Origin: Thermoplasmata archaeon
Lineage (GTDB): Archaea > Thermoplasmatota > Thermoplasmata > Lutacidiplasmatales > UBA184
Reading direction: 5' to 3'
NCBI GenBank assembly: GCA_021817605.1
Contig: JAKAUN010000004.1
Coordinates: 68,427-132,426, forward strand
DNA length: 64,000 nucleotides
The stretch's first letter is position 1. Every line of letters begins with the position of its first letter. The translations under genes were made by a program, and so were the position numbers. The notes under the pieces are model-generated. The model saw only the letters and a program-made list of their open reading frames with translations, searched no databases and had not been told where the DNA came from. This document shows positions 46,926-56,058 of this stretch, piece after piece.

Positions 46926-48055
46926 GCGACCCTCCCGGCCTCGGCGACCACGGCCTGGGCCGACGCCCTAAGGTCGGGCACGGAGGTTACCCCCGCCGCC
47001 CGTAGGATCGCGATCCCCTCGGCCTCGTTGTTGCCTCGGATGCGGGCGACCAGGGGGAACCGCTCCGAGGACGGGACGGTCTGCATCGCTTCGACCAGTC
47101 CCTTGGCGACCGTGTCGCAGCGCGTGACGCCGCCGAAGATGTTGAGGAAGACGGCCTTCGGTCGGGCCTGGGCCATCAGCAGGAACGCCTCGGTGACCTT
47201 CTTCGGGTCGTCGGTCCCGCCGAGGTCGAGGAAGACCCCCGGCTCGCCGCCGAACTCCTTGAGAACGTCCAGCGTGGCCATCGTGAGGCCGGCGCCGTTC
47301 GCGATCACGCCGATGTTGCCTTCCAGCTGGACGAAGGCGATCTCCTTCTCGCGGGCGATCTCCTCGAGCGGCGTGCGGTCGTCGCGGATCTCGGCATACT
47401 CGCGGTGCCGGAACGACGCGTCGTCCTCGATGATCACCTTGGCGTCGAGGGCGATGAGGTGCTCGCCGACGAGGCCGAGCGGATTGATCTCGACCAGCTC
47501 GGCGTCCTCCTGGTCGAAAAGGCGATAGAGCGCTCGAAGCAGCCCGGTGAGGTCCCCGGCCGCCGCCCCGCTGAGCCCGAGGGAGCGCGCGGCGTTGCGG
47601 CAGGCGTAGAGAGCAAGCCCCGGGAACGGGTCGATCCTCTGGCGGGCGATCTGCTCGTCGGGGACCGTCTCGATCTCGACACCGCCCTGTCCGCTGGTGA
47701 TGAGGATCGGCAGCCGAGCCGTTCGGTCGAGGGCGACCGAGACGTAGAGCTCCCGCGAGAGGTTCACCTTCCCCTCGAGGAGGAGCTCGCGGACCGGCTG
47801 GCCGTCCAGCGTGAGCGAAAGGATCGCCTCCGCCGCGGCCCGAGCCTCCTCGGGGGTCGTGGCGAAGCGCACCGCGCCGCCCTTCCCGCGTCCGCCGGCC
47901 AGGACCTGCGCCTTGACGACGCACGGGAGCGGCACCCCTCCCGAGCGCACGAGGCGCTCGGCCTCGTCGGCGGAGCGGACGACGGTCCCCTTCGGAGTCG
48001 CGATCCCGTACTTGCGGAACAGTTCCTTGCCCCGCCACTCGGCGAGCTTGACCAT
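46922..48055 (-). CDS. sucC: succinyl-CoA synthetase beta subunit
   Basis: Start moved to the internal Met MVKLAEWRGKELF (48055). ATP-grasp fold. The GTGA/ATGA overlap with sucD is preserved. Confidence 0.9.
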   Translation of the reverse strand: MVKLAEWRGKELFRKYGIATPKGTVVRSADEAERLVRSGGVPLPCVVKAQVLAGGRGKGGAVRFATTPEEARAAAEAILSLTLDGQPVRELLLEGKVNLSRELYVSVALDRTARLPILITSGQGGVEIETVPDEQIARQRIDPFPGLALYACRNAARSLGLSGAAAGDLTGLLRALYRLFDQEDAELVEINPLGLVGEHLIALDAKVIIEDDASFRHREYAEIRDDRTPLEEIAREKEIAFVQLEGNIGVIANGAGLTMATLDVLKEFGGEPGVFLDLGGTDDPKKVTEAFLLMAQARPKAVFLNIFGGVTRCDTVAKGLVEAMQTVPSSERFPLVARIRGNNEAEGIAILRAAGVTSVPDLRASAQAVVAEAGRVA

Positions 48056-48233
48056 GGATGGCTCCGCGCCCGCGAGCAGGGTTCCTCTCTTAACGGCGGC
48101 GCATCGAGGCGGACGCCGGACCGGCCGAGAGCGCTTGCGGCGGCGGAAAAGCCCCTCCCGACGGCCTCCGATCGGCCGCACCCTCGCCGCGGAGGGCCGT
48201 TAAGTAGTCCTCAGGCGAGAGGTCGGCCGGCCG

Positions 48234-48998
48234 ATGCCCAGCGTCTACGATCTCGCGGCGCTCTCGGCCGCGATGGGGCTGTCGATCTACCTGTCGCTCC
48301 CCGTCGTGCTGACGAAGGCGAGCCACTCACGGTCGGTGACCCTCATCAATGCCGCGGCGATCGGCATCATGGTCTTCGTCCTCGCGGACATCTTCGCCGA
48401 TGTCGCCGGGGCGCTCTACACCAACCCCGGGGCCCCGTATGTCGCCAACCTGAGGCTCAGCCTCTACTTCGTCGTCGGGGTCGCGGGGTGCTTCGCCCTT
48501 CTCTACGTCCTCGGCAACCGCCCCGGCGCGGCGGCGCTCAGCCCGACCACGACGGCGCTCGTCGTCGCCTCGGCGATCGGGCTCCAGAACCTCACCGAGG
48601 GTCTCGTCCTCGGCGCCGCGTGGGCGACGGGGGCGATCGGACTGTCGAGCGTCGTCTTCCTCGGCTTCTTCCTCCAGAACATCACCGAAGGCTTCCCGAT
48701 CACCTCCCCGCTCGTCGGCCGGGAGGAGCGGCGGGTAGGCCTCGTCGCGACGATCTTCCTGGTAGGGGGTCTCCCCACGATCTTCGGCGGGATCGTCGGC
48801 TTCTACTACAACAGCGTGAGCTTAGACGTCCTCTTCGACGCGCTGGCCATCGGAGCGATCCTCTACGCCCTTCTGCCGATGCTCCGCATCGCCCTTCGGC
48901 CCGCCCAGCCGCCGCAGACCGCCTACGGCAAGCAGCGGCTCCTCTACGCCGGCCTTCTCGCGGGCTTCCTGGTCGGCTTCCTCGTCAACGCCATCTGA
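48234..48998 (+). CDS. ZIP family metal (zinc) transporter
   Basis: Eight TM helices with GLQNLTEGL and QNITEGF ZIP signature motifs. Confidence 0.8.
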   Translation: MPSVYDLAALSAAMGLSIYLSLPVVLTKASHSRSVTLINAAAIGIMVFVLADIFADVAGALYTNPGAPYVANLRLSLYFVVGVAGCFALLYVLGNRPGAAALSPTTTALVVASAIGLQNLTEGLVLGAAWATGAIGLSSVVFLGFFLQNITEGFPITSPLVGREERRVGLVATIFLVGGLPTIFGGIVGFYYNSVSLDVLFDALAIGAILYALLPMLRIALRPAQPPQTAYGKQRLLYAGLLAGFLVGFLVNAI

Positions 48999-50326
48999 CG
49001 GGCCCGTCGGCGGCGTCCGCTTCTCGGAGTGAGACGCGGCGTCACGGGCAGGCTGGAGAGCTCCCGCCCGAGATCGTCCAGCAGCTTGCCGGCGAAGTCG
49101 GCCTTGGGACCCCGGATCCACCGACGCGGCTCGCCGGACGGCAGGACGAGCGCGTTCGTCGTGGCCGAGCCGACGGTCGCGACATCGTTCGCGACGACCC
49201 AATCCGCGCGGGTCTCCTCGCAGAGGAGCCGTCCCTCACGCTCGAGCTCCTCGGGGGAGGCGCCGGCGAGGAGCTTGAAGGCGACCAGACGCGTCGGGGG
49301 CGGAGCCCTTCGGCGCAGCTCGGGCAGCACCCTCGGCGCCGGCACCAGCGTAAGGTCGAGCCGGGGCCGGTCCTTCGAGCGGATCTTCCCCGGGGTCTCG
49401 GGGAGCGTGAAGTCGGAGAGCGCCGCGGGAACGAGGACTGCCGAGGCCGCCGCCAGCTCGCGGGAGCGATGGCGCGCGAGCTCGACCAGGCTCGAGGCCG
49501 ACCTCCAGCGATGGAGGCGGAGCCAGGAGGGCACGGGCACCTGGAGAGCCCCTGCCCAGAGCTCCACCTCGGCGCCGCGGTAGTAGGCCTGCGTTGCTAG
49601 CGCCACGGCGGTGGCCCCCGAGCTCTCGTTCGTGACGGAGCGCACGGCGTCGATCGGCTCGCGGGAGGCGCCGCCTACGACCACGACCTGCCGTCCGGCC
49701 CACGGACCGCGCGCGAGCCGGTGGAGGACGGCGGTGGCGACCTCCTCGGGGGTGGCGATCTTCTCCTCGCCCTCCGTTGCCGGCCCAAAGAGGATCTCCA
49801 CGCCCCAGGACCTCAGCTTCTCGAGGTTCTCCCGGACGGCGGGGTTCGCCCCCATCAGCGAGTGCATCGCCGGCGCGAGGAGGATCGGGACGTGGCCACC
49901 GAGGGCGACGGAAGCACACGAGGTCACGGCGGTGTCGTCGATGCCGTGGGCGATCTTCGACACGGTGTTCGCGGTCGCCGGAGCGAGCAGGAGGAGGTCC
50001 GCCTGCTCGTCTCCCGGCCCCAGGAGGGTGACGTGCTCGACGTTGCCGGTGAGCTGGACGACCGGCGGATGACCCGTGGCGAACTCGACGGCCTCGGCGC
50101 TGAGCAGCCGAAGCGCCTCCGACGTCATCACCGCACGGACCTCGGCGCCGTGACGGAGCAGCTCGCGCACGATGCGGGGCACCTCGATGGCGGCGATCGA
50201 GCCCGAGATCCCTACGACGATGCGGCGGCCCTCCAGGAGGCGGGTCGTCGTCCCTCGGATCGCCCGGCTTGGATGCAACGTCCCCTCCGTTCGCCGCGGC
50301 TTCGGGCCGCCGGCGTCCCGGAGCAT
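48944..50326 (-). CDS. coaBC: bifunctional phosphopantothenoylcysteine decarboxylase / phosphopantothenate-cysteine ligase (CoaBC)
   Basis: N-terminal flavoprotein domain (IVVGISGSIAAIE...PAMHSLM) and a C-terminal CoaB domain (VTNESSGATAVALA). The Arg-rich C-terminal tail overlapping the ZIP gene may be an over-extension. Confidence 0.8.
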   Translation of the reverse strand: MLRDAGGPKPRRTEGTLHPSRAIRGTTTRLLEGRRIVVGISGSIAAIEVPRIVRELLRHGAEVRAVMTSEALRLLSAEAVEFATGHPPVVQLTGNVEHVTLLGPGDEQADLLLLAPATANTVSKIAHGIDDTAVTSCASVALGGHVPILLAPAMHSLMGANPAVRENLEKLRSWGVEILFGPATEGEEKIATPEEVATAVLHRLARGPWAGRQVVVVGGASREPIDAVRSVTNESSGATAVALATQAYYRGAEVELWAGALQVPVPSWLRLHRWRSASSLVELARHRSRELAAASAVLVPAALSDFTLPETPGKIRSKDRPRLDLTLVPAPRVLPELRRRAPPPTRLVAFKLLAGASPEELEREGRLLCEETRADWVVANDVATVGSATTNALVLPSGEPRRWIRGPKADFAGKLLDDLGRELSSLPVTPRLTPRSGRRRRARQMALTRKPTRKPARRPA

Positions 50327-50367
50327 TGAGAAGTGGCCGTTAAAGACGGCGACGCCTCGACCGTCCC

Positions 50368-51228
50368 GTGAGCGAACCGCGCACGTCGGGCGGCAAGGGG
50401 GAGGCCCGAGACATTCACGAGGCCCCGAGGGAGCTCCCCGTTCTGGCTCCCACCGCCGCCCTGCCGCCGCCCGGACCCGTCCCGGCCGAACGGCCCGCCC
50501 CGCGCGCGGTGGAGCGGGGGGTCGTCCTCTTCGACCTGGACGGGACCCTTCTGGACGACCTCGGGGGGATCAGCGAGGTCGCGGCGAGCGTGCTGAACCA
50601 GTCGTTCGGCACCCCGCCGGAGGAGGGAAGGGTCCACTACCTCGCGACCACCGGGATGCCCTTCGAGGCGCAGCTCGCCCAGCTCTATCCCGAGGTTCCC
50701 GCCGCCCAGCGCGCCCAGACCGCCCGGGTCTTCCACCAGAGGAAGACCACGGAGGCCTACGCGCAGGCGAAGCCGTTCCCGGAGGTGCCCAAGCTACTGA
50801 AACGGCTCTCCCAGGAGCGCTGGACCCTCGCCGTGTCGACAGGCGCCGAGCGGGAGATGGCCGAGCTTCTCCTCGAGCGGGAGGGGATCCGCTACTGGTT
50901 CGAAGCCGTGCTCGGATCGGCGGACGGCACCAAGAGAGAGCACCTGGCGGAGTACCGGCGCCGCTACCCGGACGTCCCGATGTTCCTGGTCGGCGACTCC
51001 CGCTTCGACATGGAGGCCGCTGCCTCACTCCCCGGGGTCATCGCCGTGGGACGGGCAAGCCGGCTCCCGTTCTGGACGCTGACGCCGAGCGACCTCAAGA
51101 AGTGGGGCGCCGCCTGGGCGGAGTATTCGCTTGGAGAGCTTCCCGAAGCGCTCGGCCGCCTGGCCGCCTCCCCGCCCGCGAAGGGAAGGCGGGGCACGAC
51201 GAAGGCTCGCCGCAAGAACTCGTCGTAG
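50368..51228 (+). CDS. HAD-superfamily hydrolase
   Basis: Motif I VVLFDLDGTLLDD, and LVGDSRFDMEAA. Confidence 0.75.
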   Translation: MSEPRTSGGKGEARDIHEAPRELPVLAPTAALPPPGPVPAERPAPRAVERGVVLFDLDGTLLDDLGGISEVAASVLNQSFGTPPEEGRVHYLATTGMPFEAQLAQLYPEVPAAQRAQTARVFHQRKTTEAYAQAKPFPEVPKLLKRLSQERWTLAVSTGAEREMAELLLEREGIRYWFEAVLGSADGTKREHLAEYRRRYPDVPMFLVGDSRFDMEAAASLPGVIAVGRASRLPFWTLTPSDLKKWGAAWAEYSLGELPEALGRLAASPPAKGRRGTTKARRKNSS

Positions 51229-51333
51229 GGCCGGGACCGAGAGTCTCCCGGCGCGGGGCACCCCCGCGCCGATTTGAACCCGGGTCGAGGGATCCACAGT
51301 CCCCCAGGATAACCAAGCTACCCCATCCCGGCC
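51229..51333 (-). tRNA. tRNA-His (anticodon GTG) with G-1 and ~30-nt insertion (putative non-canonical intron) in the T-loop region
   Basis: Folded by hand from the reverse complement. The acceptor stem GCCGGGA pairs with TCCCGGC, with discriminator C73 and an encoded G-1 (the His identity elements). The D-arm is GGGG...TCCT with AGCTTGGTT in the loop. The anticodon stem is GGGGA/TCCCT with loop CTGTGGA (U33, anticodon GTG, R37). The T-stem is CCGGG/CTCGG with TTCAAAT. About 30 extra nt containing a perfect 9-bp hairpin (GGCGCGGGG...CCCCGCGCC) are inserted between the T-loop and the 3' T-stem strand. No encoded CCA. A TATA-like CTTTTTCAT box lies ~28 nt upstream at 51358-51366. Confidence 0.6.
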
Positions 51334-51357
51334 ACGAGGCACGGACGCCCCTGCTCC

Positions 51358-51366
51358 ATGAAAAAG
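51358..51366 (-). promoter_or_regulatory. TATA-like box for tRNA-His
   Basis: ATGAAAAAG on the plus strand is CTTTTTCAT on the minus strand. It sits 25-33 nt upstream of the tRNA 5' end. Confidence 0.3.
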
Positions 51367-51376
51367 GTTGCCGACC

Positions 51377-51655
51377 CTAGGGCGCCGGCCCACCGGGGGG
51401 AAGTTTCCCGCCGGTCTCGGCCGCTTGGAGCAGCTGTTCACGGTAGGTACGGGCTTCCCGCGCCGCTCCGAAGAAGAATCCTCCTACGACTATCGCCGCG
51501 GCCGCGGCGAGCCATGCCCCGAAGAGCTCGAACCCGGCGCCGGCGAGGACGAGCGCGAGGAGGAGCAACGCTCCCAGCCCCACGGTGATGCCCCCACCCA
51601 GGGCGAACGCAGTCTCCCGCAGCACGGTGATGTAGCCTCCCCTGGTCGCCTCCAC
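51377..51655 (-). CDS. hypothetical small membrane protein (weak)
   Basis: Two hydrophobic helices. Codon usage is less GC3-biased than its neighbours. Overlaps the tRNA-His promoter region. Confidence 0.25.
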   Translation of the reverse strand: MEATRGGYITVLRETAFALGGGITVGLGALLLLALVLAGAGFELFGAWLAAAAAIVVGGFFFGAAREARTYREQLLQAAETGGKLPPGGPAP

Positions 51656-51711
51656 CCGCCATCCTCCGCGGCGGCAAACCGATTTCCCCTCCGAAGGCTC
51701 CCTGCGGGAGG

Positions 51712-52083
51712 ATGTCCGCGACCTCCGACCGTCGGATCGCCCTCGTGCTGGGCGTGCTGGGCGCCCTCTTGGTCGCCCTCGAGGCGCTGCTCGACGTGCT
51801 GCGAGCCCTGGTCTACGCCGTCCGCAACGGGATCGTTGCCGGGACCAAGTTCACCGACCCGTTCGGCCACGGCGTCTTCCTCTTGGTCCTAGCGCTGCTC
51901 GCCGGTTTCTTCGCGCTCCTGGGACGGGCCCCCGACGAGCGGGGCTTCGTTCCTGGGGCGGTGCTCGTCGTCCTGGCCGTCGCCGCGTGGGTGCTCTACG
52001 GGCTCGCCAACGGCCTCCTCGGCCTCGCCGGGACGCTCCTGATCCTGGTGAGCGGAGTCGTCTATCTCGTCGCCGGCCGCTAG
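51712..52083 (+). CDS. hypothetical small membrane protein (123 aa, 4 predicted TM helices)
   Basis: Strong GC3 codon bias. Hydrophobic helices of the form RIALVLGVLGALLVALEALL.... Confidence 0.45.
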   Translation: MSATSDRRIALVLGVLGALLVALEALLDVLRALVYAVRNGIVAGTKFTDPFGHGVFLLVLALLAGFFALLGRAPDERGFVPGAVLVVLAVAAWVLYGLANGLLGLAGTLLILVSGVVYLVAGR

Positions 52084-52168
52084 TGCCTCCCGCGACCCGG
52101 AGGCGTGCCTCCCGGCGGTCGTCGGGCCGGCCCGCTAGGCTGTCGAGAGAGGAGCGGGACCCGCAGGC

Positions 52169-52318
52169 TCACGCGCGCGGGATCGAGCGCTTCCCGAGCT
52201 CCACGAAGCAGGACGAGCAGAGGTTGTGCATGTGGGGCCAACCCTCCGGGGGAGCGCTCGTGACGCGGGTGATCTTCTTCTGGCAGCCGTCGCAGATCAT
52301 CGCATCGTCCTTGAGCAT
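52169..52318 (-). CDS. small zinc-ribbon protein (49 aa)
   Basis: Internal Met start gives MLKDDAMICDGCQKKITRVTSAPPEGWPHMHNLCSSCFVELGKRSIPRA, with two CxxC pairs. The longer ORF-track extension looks like artefact. Confidence 0.35.
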   Translation of the reverse strand: MLKDDAMICDGCQKKITRVTSAPPEGWPHMHNLCSSCFVELGKRSIPRA

Positions 52319-52446
52319 GGCCCGCCGTGCGCCTCGCGGGCCCCCCATCTCCGGAGGAGTAGAAAGCCGTCGCGACCGCCTCTCGAGGGGCACCCCCGGG
52401 CTCCTCCCCCTCAGGATGAAGCGGCCCGGAGGTTGACCCACCCGGG

Positions 52447-53739
52447 GTGAGCGACCCTCCTGCGCCGGCGACACCGTCCCGCTTCGTCCGGGACCTCGGA
52501 CGCGTGCGCCTCGACCGCGAGCACGGGGCCCGGGCCCTTGCCCTCGAGACCCTTCGCGTCCTCGGCCGAGAGGCCGCGTCGTGGCGGCGGCTTCCGCCGT
52601 CAAAAGCGCGCGTTGCGGCGGCGAGGATGGTGAGGCAACTGCGGCAGGTCCAGCCGGCGATGGGCCCGTTGCGGGCCTGGTCACGGGAGCTTGCCCGTGA
52701 GGTAGGGAAGACCAGGACGGGCGGACGCCTGGCCCCTACGGCCCTCCGTTGGATCCGGAAGAAGCGGACCCGCCTCCTCGCGGAGCCCCGGCGACTCGGC
52801 GAGGTCGTGCGGCACGAGCTTCCGCCCGCCCTGACGTTGCTCACCTTCAGCCGAAGCGAGAGCGTGCTCGACGCCCTCCGCCGGCTCCCCGGTCCCCGTG
52901 CCCCTCGACGTGTCCTTGCCGCCGAGAGCCTTCCCGGCGGGGAAGGCCGCAAGGTGGTCCGCGAGCTCGCCCGGGCCCCGATCCCCGCGCGGCTGGTGCG
53001 GGACCGTGACCTTCCCACGGCGCTCAGGGAGGCCGACCTGGTGATGGTCGGCGCGGACGCCGTCGAGGCCGACGGGAGCCTGGTACACAAGGTCGGCACG
53101 CGTCGCCTCGCCGAGCTCGCCCGCGACGCCGGCGTGCCGCTGGTCGTCGTCGCGGGCAGGACGAAGTGGGTCGGCCGCGAGGGAGGAAGGCCGCGGCTCC
53201 CGCGCCTGTTCGACCGGACACCACCCTCGCTCGTCTCCGCGTACTGGACCGACGACGGGGTCTTGCCGGGCGGTCGACGCCGCGGCGGTCCGAGGGGCCG
53301 AGCTCAAAGCCCCGGACGCTCTTCTCGTGGGGAGAGGGACCGATCGATGACCGAGAAGGGCGTGGCTCGGGTGGGAGCCGAAGCGTTCGACGGCTCCAGC
53401 CTCAAGTTCCCGGGGATCGTGGTCGTCGGGTATCTTGCCGATTGGTGCCCGTTCTGCGCTCGATTCGCCCCCGAGCTCGAGGCGCTCCGACGAGAGGGGC
53501 TCACCGTGCTGCGCGCGGACCTCACCGACGAGGAGAGCCCCCTCTGGGAGCGGTTCTCCATCGAGATCGTGCCGAGCGTCCTCCTCTTCCGAGACGGAAA
53601 GGAGGCGTTCCGCGCCGACGGGATCGCGGGTCGTGGCCTTTCCGAAGGCGACCTCCGCGCGATCCGGACCGAGGCGAAGCGTCTCGGGCAGAACCCAGCG
53701 TCGGGCGGCTCCGGCAACCCTCCCCGCTCCTCGCGCTGA
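52447..53739 (+). CDS. aIF-2B/ribose-1,5-bisphosphate-isomerase family protein reading through in frame into a thioredoxin domain (possible fusion or frameshift; thioredoxin alone would be 53347..53739)
   Basis: Residues 1 to ~295 resemble the eIF-2B alpha/beta/delta family (ADLVMVGADAVEADGSLVHKVGTRRLAELARDAGVPLVVVAGRTKW). Residues from the internal Met at 53347 form a thioredoxin (GYLADWCPFCARFAPELE). In the +1 frame a TGA overlaps that ATG (ATGA at 53347-53350). Confidence 0.65.
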   Translation: MSDPPAPATPSRFVRDLGRVRLDREHGARALALETLRVLGREAASWRRLPPSKARVAAARMVRQLRQVQPAMGPLRAWSRELAREVGKTRTGGRLAPTALRWIRKKRTRLLAEPRRLGEVVRHELPPALTLLTFSRSESVLDALRRLPGPRAPRRVLAAESLPGGEGRKVVRELARAPIPARLVRDRDLPTALREADLVMVGADAVEADGSLVHKVGTRRLAELARDAGVPLVVVAGRTKWVGREGGRPRLPRLFDRTPPSLVSAYWTDDGVLPGGRRRGGPRGRAQSPGRSSRGERDRSMTEKGVARVGAEAFDGSSLKFPGIVVVGYLADWCPFCARFAPELEALRREGLTVLRADLTDEESPLWERFSIEIVPSVLLFRDGKEAFRADGIAGRGLSEGDLRAIRTEAKRLGQNPASGGSGNPPRSSR

Positions 53740-53794
53740 GGCAGGCGCCGGGGGTCCGTCTACCCCCGGGTGCCGGGGCCGTCGCTCACCGTGC

Positions 53795-54625
53795 TCAGGA
53801 GGGCGGAACGTTGCGCTCGAGCAAGAAGCTCGCCCAGAGTGCGGAGAGCGACCACGGGGCCAAGCGATGCGGGAGATGCCCCGCGTCGGGGATCTCCACC
53901 AGGGTCGCCCCTCTAAGGTGGGCCGCGACGCCGTGGGCGAGCTCCGTCGCCGACGGAGGGCTGCGCTCGCCACGGCTCAGGAGCACCGGCAGGACGAGTT
54001 CCGCCCAGCTCGCAGGATCGGGAGCGAGGTAGCCCGCATCGTCCAGCTCCTCGCCCCAGGCGGGGGCGTTCGCGAGCCAGATCTCGCGGCTGGCCGCATC
54101 GAGACGATCCCAGCTCTCGGTGGGCGCGCCGAAGGCGGAAAGGTAGCTCGCCGCGGCCTCGGCGGCGTGCCCGTTCCGGGCGGAGCGCCCCGAGCCACGC
54201 AGCGTCGCCAGGAGGCGCTCCCGCGTGCTGTCGGAGGCGGGGCTCGGGGAGAGGGCAGTGAGGACGGTCGGCTCGTGCAAGAGCAGGCTGCGGACGAGCT
54301 CCGGACGCTCGAGGGCGAGCCGGAGCACCACCGAGCTCGAGGAGCCGTGGCTCGCGAGGTGGACAGGATACAGGTCGAGGGTCTCGAGGAGCCGCGCGAG
54401 GTCCCGGACGTCCTCGTCCAGCGGCCTCTGTCGCGGCGGGCCCGCGGTGCTGCCGTGCCCGCGACGGTCGTAGCTGAGGACCTGAAGGCCGGAGGAGAGG
54501 GCCCGAAGCACCCCTTCCCACGCCCGGCGGTCCTCGAAGCCGCCGTGGACGATGACGAGCGGGTCCCCGAGCTCGCCAGCCCTCTCGAAGGAGAACTGCG
54601 TGCCGTCGACAGCGACCTCGGCCAC
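53795..54625 (-). CDS. alpha/beta hydrolase fold protein
   Basis: Nucleophile elbow HLASHGSSS, the HGGF oxyanion region, and a C-terminal His. Confidence 0.8.
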   Translation of the reverse strand: MAEVAVDGTQFSFERAGELGDPLVIVHGGFEDRRAWEGVLRALSSGLQVLSYDRRGHGSTAGPPRQRPLDEDVRDLARLLETLDLYPVHLASHGSSSSVVLRLALERPELVRSLLLHEPTVLTALSPSPASDSTRERLLATLRGSGRSARNGHAAEAAASYLSAFGAPTESWDRLDAASREIWLANAPAWGEELDDAGYLAPDPASWAELVLPVLLSRGERSPPSATELAHGVAAHLRGATLVEIPDAGHLPHRLAPWSLSALWASFLLERNVPPS

Positions 54626-54848
54626 GGACCCGTTGCCTGCCCCCGGGGGGGCCGGCGTGGGGAAGGACGAGGTCCCGGTCTGTTTAGCCGCTCCGCCCGC
54701 TCCCGGCGGTCCTCCCGAGGGACGGAGGGACCCTGGATGGCCTTCGGGGGCGGAGCCGTCCCGATGAGGATATCTAGCCCGGCCCGGCTCGGGTCGGCGT
54801 CAGGGGGCTTGCGAGACGAGCGCGATCTTCCAGCGGCCCCTCTGCGAG

Positions 54849-55109
54849 ATGGGAGCGGCGTTCGACTACGCCTACCGGCCGGCGGTCGGCGAGCCGGACC
54901 CGGGGACCGGCGGTCCGTGCGACGACCGGCCGCACCGGGTCGAGCTCTACGCCGCCCGGGCCGGCCTCCCCTCGTCGGACTGGCGCGCCTTCGCGCTCTG
55001 CCCCGAGCACGAGTCCCAGCTGCGCCGTCACGACAGCCGTCTCGGCGGACCCTCGCGCTTCCGCGTCCCAACGACGGGCGAGACGTCGGGCGGTACGGGA
55101 GGAGGCTAG
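54849..55109 (+). CDS. hypothetical protein (weak)
   Basis: Only plausible ORF in the 570-nt gap between the hydrolase and AKR genes. No recognisable motif. Confidence 0.2.
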   Translation: MGAAFDYAYRPAVGEPDPGTGGPCDDRPHRVELYAARAGLPSSDWRAFALCPEHESQLRRHDSRLGGPSRFRVPTTGETSGGTGGG

Positions 55110-55194
55110 GGCCCTGGGCGCTTCCGCCCCCCGAGCGATCTCCGAGAGGCGGCCTACCAACCAGGGTCTCGGGATCCCGGTCCTCGGACTCGGG

Positions 55195-55965
55195 GTGTTC
55201 CAGACGCCCCCCGGAGAGACCACCCGCCAGGCCGTCCGTTGGGCCCTGGAGGCCGGCTATCGCCTCCTCGACACCGCAGCGATGTATGGCAACGAGACCG
55301 AGGTCGGCGAGGCGGTCCGCGCGAGCGGCCTCCCGCGCGAGGAGGTCGTCGTCACGACGAAGATCTGGCACACCGACCACGGCTTTGACGCGGCCCTGAA
55401 GGCGGCCCGACGCAGCCACGAGCGTCTCGGTCTCGGGGCGATCGACCTGTTGCTCGTCCACTGGCCGATCGCGCCGACCCCGGAGGACCGCCTCGGCACC
55501 TGGAGGGCCCTCGAGAGGCTCCAGGGCGACGGGACCGCCCGGGCGATCGGCGTCTCCAACTACACGGTCCGTCACCTCGAGGAGCTTCGGGAAAACTCGG
55601 AGGTCGTCCCGGCGGTCGACCAGGTGGAGTACCACCCGTTCGTCCACGACCCCGAGCTCCTCGACTACCTCGCCGGGCGCGGGATCCTCCTCGAGGCCTA
55701 CTCGCCGCTCACGCGGGCCCGTCGGCTGGACGACCCGGCGCTCCTGCCCGTCGCCCGAGCCCATGCCCGCACCCCGGCCCAGATCCTCCTCCGCTGGGGC
55801 CTCCAGCACGGCTTCGTGGAGCTCCCCAAGTCGGTCCGCAAGGAGCGCATCGCGGAGAACGCCCGCGTCTTCGACTTCGAGCTCGCCGACGAGGAGATGC
55901 GGGCCCTGGACGGCCTCTCCGCTGGCGCCCGCGTCAGCACCACCGACCCCAAGAAAATCCCCTAG
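55195..55965 (+). CDS. aldo/keto reductase (DkgA-like); first canonical start truncates the conserved N-terminal beta-hairpin
   Basis: From GTG 55195 the sequence aligns to E. coli DkgA (GLGVWQ..TAAAYKNE...). The same frame upstream reads ...ISERRPTNQGLGIPVLGLGVFQ, the conserved AKR N-terminus, with no ATG/GTG/TTG in any frame within ~90 nt. A CTG lies at 55114. Confidence 0.8.
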   Translation: MFQTPPGETTRQAVRWALEAGYRLLDTAAMYGNETEVGEAVRASGLPREEVVVTTKIWHTDHGFDAALKAARRSHERLGLGAIDLLLVHWPIAPTPEDRLGTWRALERLQGDGTARAIGVSNYTVRHLEELRENSEVVPAVDQVEYHPFVHDPELLDYLAGRGILLEAYSPLTRARRLDDPALLPVARAHARTPAQILLRWGLQHGFVELPKSVRKERIAENARVFDFELADEEMRALDGLSAGARVSTTDPKKIP

Positions 55966-56020
55966 CGGAGGGCCCGATGCGGCGAGCTTTTCTCCTCTCG
56001 GTAGCGCCTCCCGAGTTGGC

Positions 56021-56028
56021 CTAATATA
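56021..56028 (+). promoter_or_regulatory. TATA box (CTAATATA) ~30 nt upstream of ferredoxin ATG 56059
   Basis: AT-rich octamer. Implies a near-leaderless transcript. Confidence 0.35.
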
Positions 56029-56058
56029 CGCCCCGAAGGTGGCTTGGCTCCGAAGCCT

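Noticed and set aside
51368-51892. 174-aa plus-strand ORF overlapping the tRNA-His promoter and the small membrane protein gene
   Set aside because: Low-complexity Arg/Pro/Ser composition and out of frame with the convincing membrane ORF at 51712..52083.
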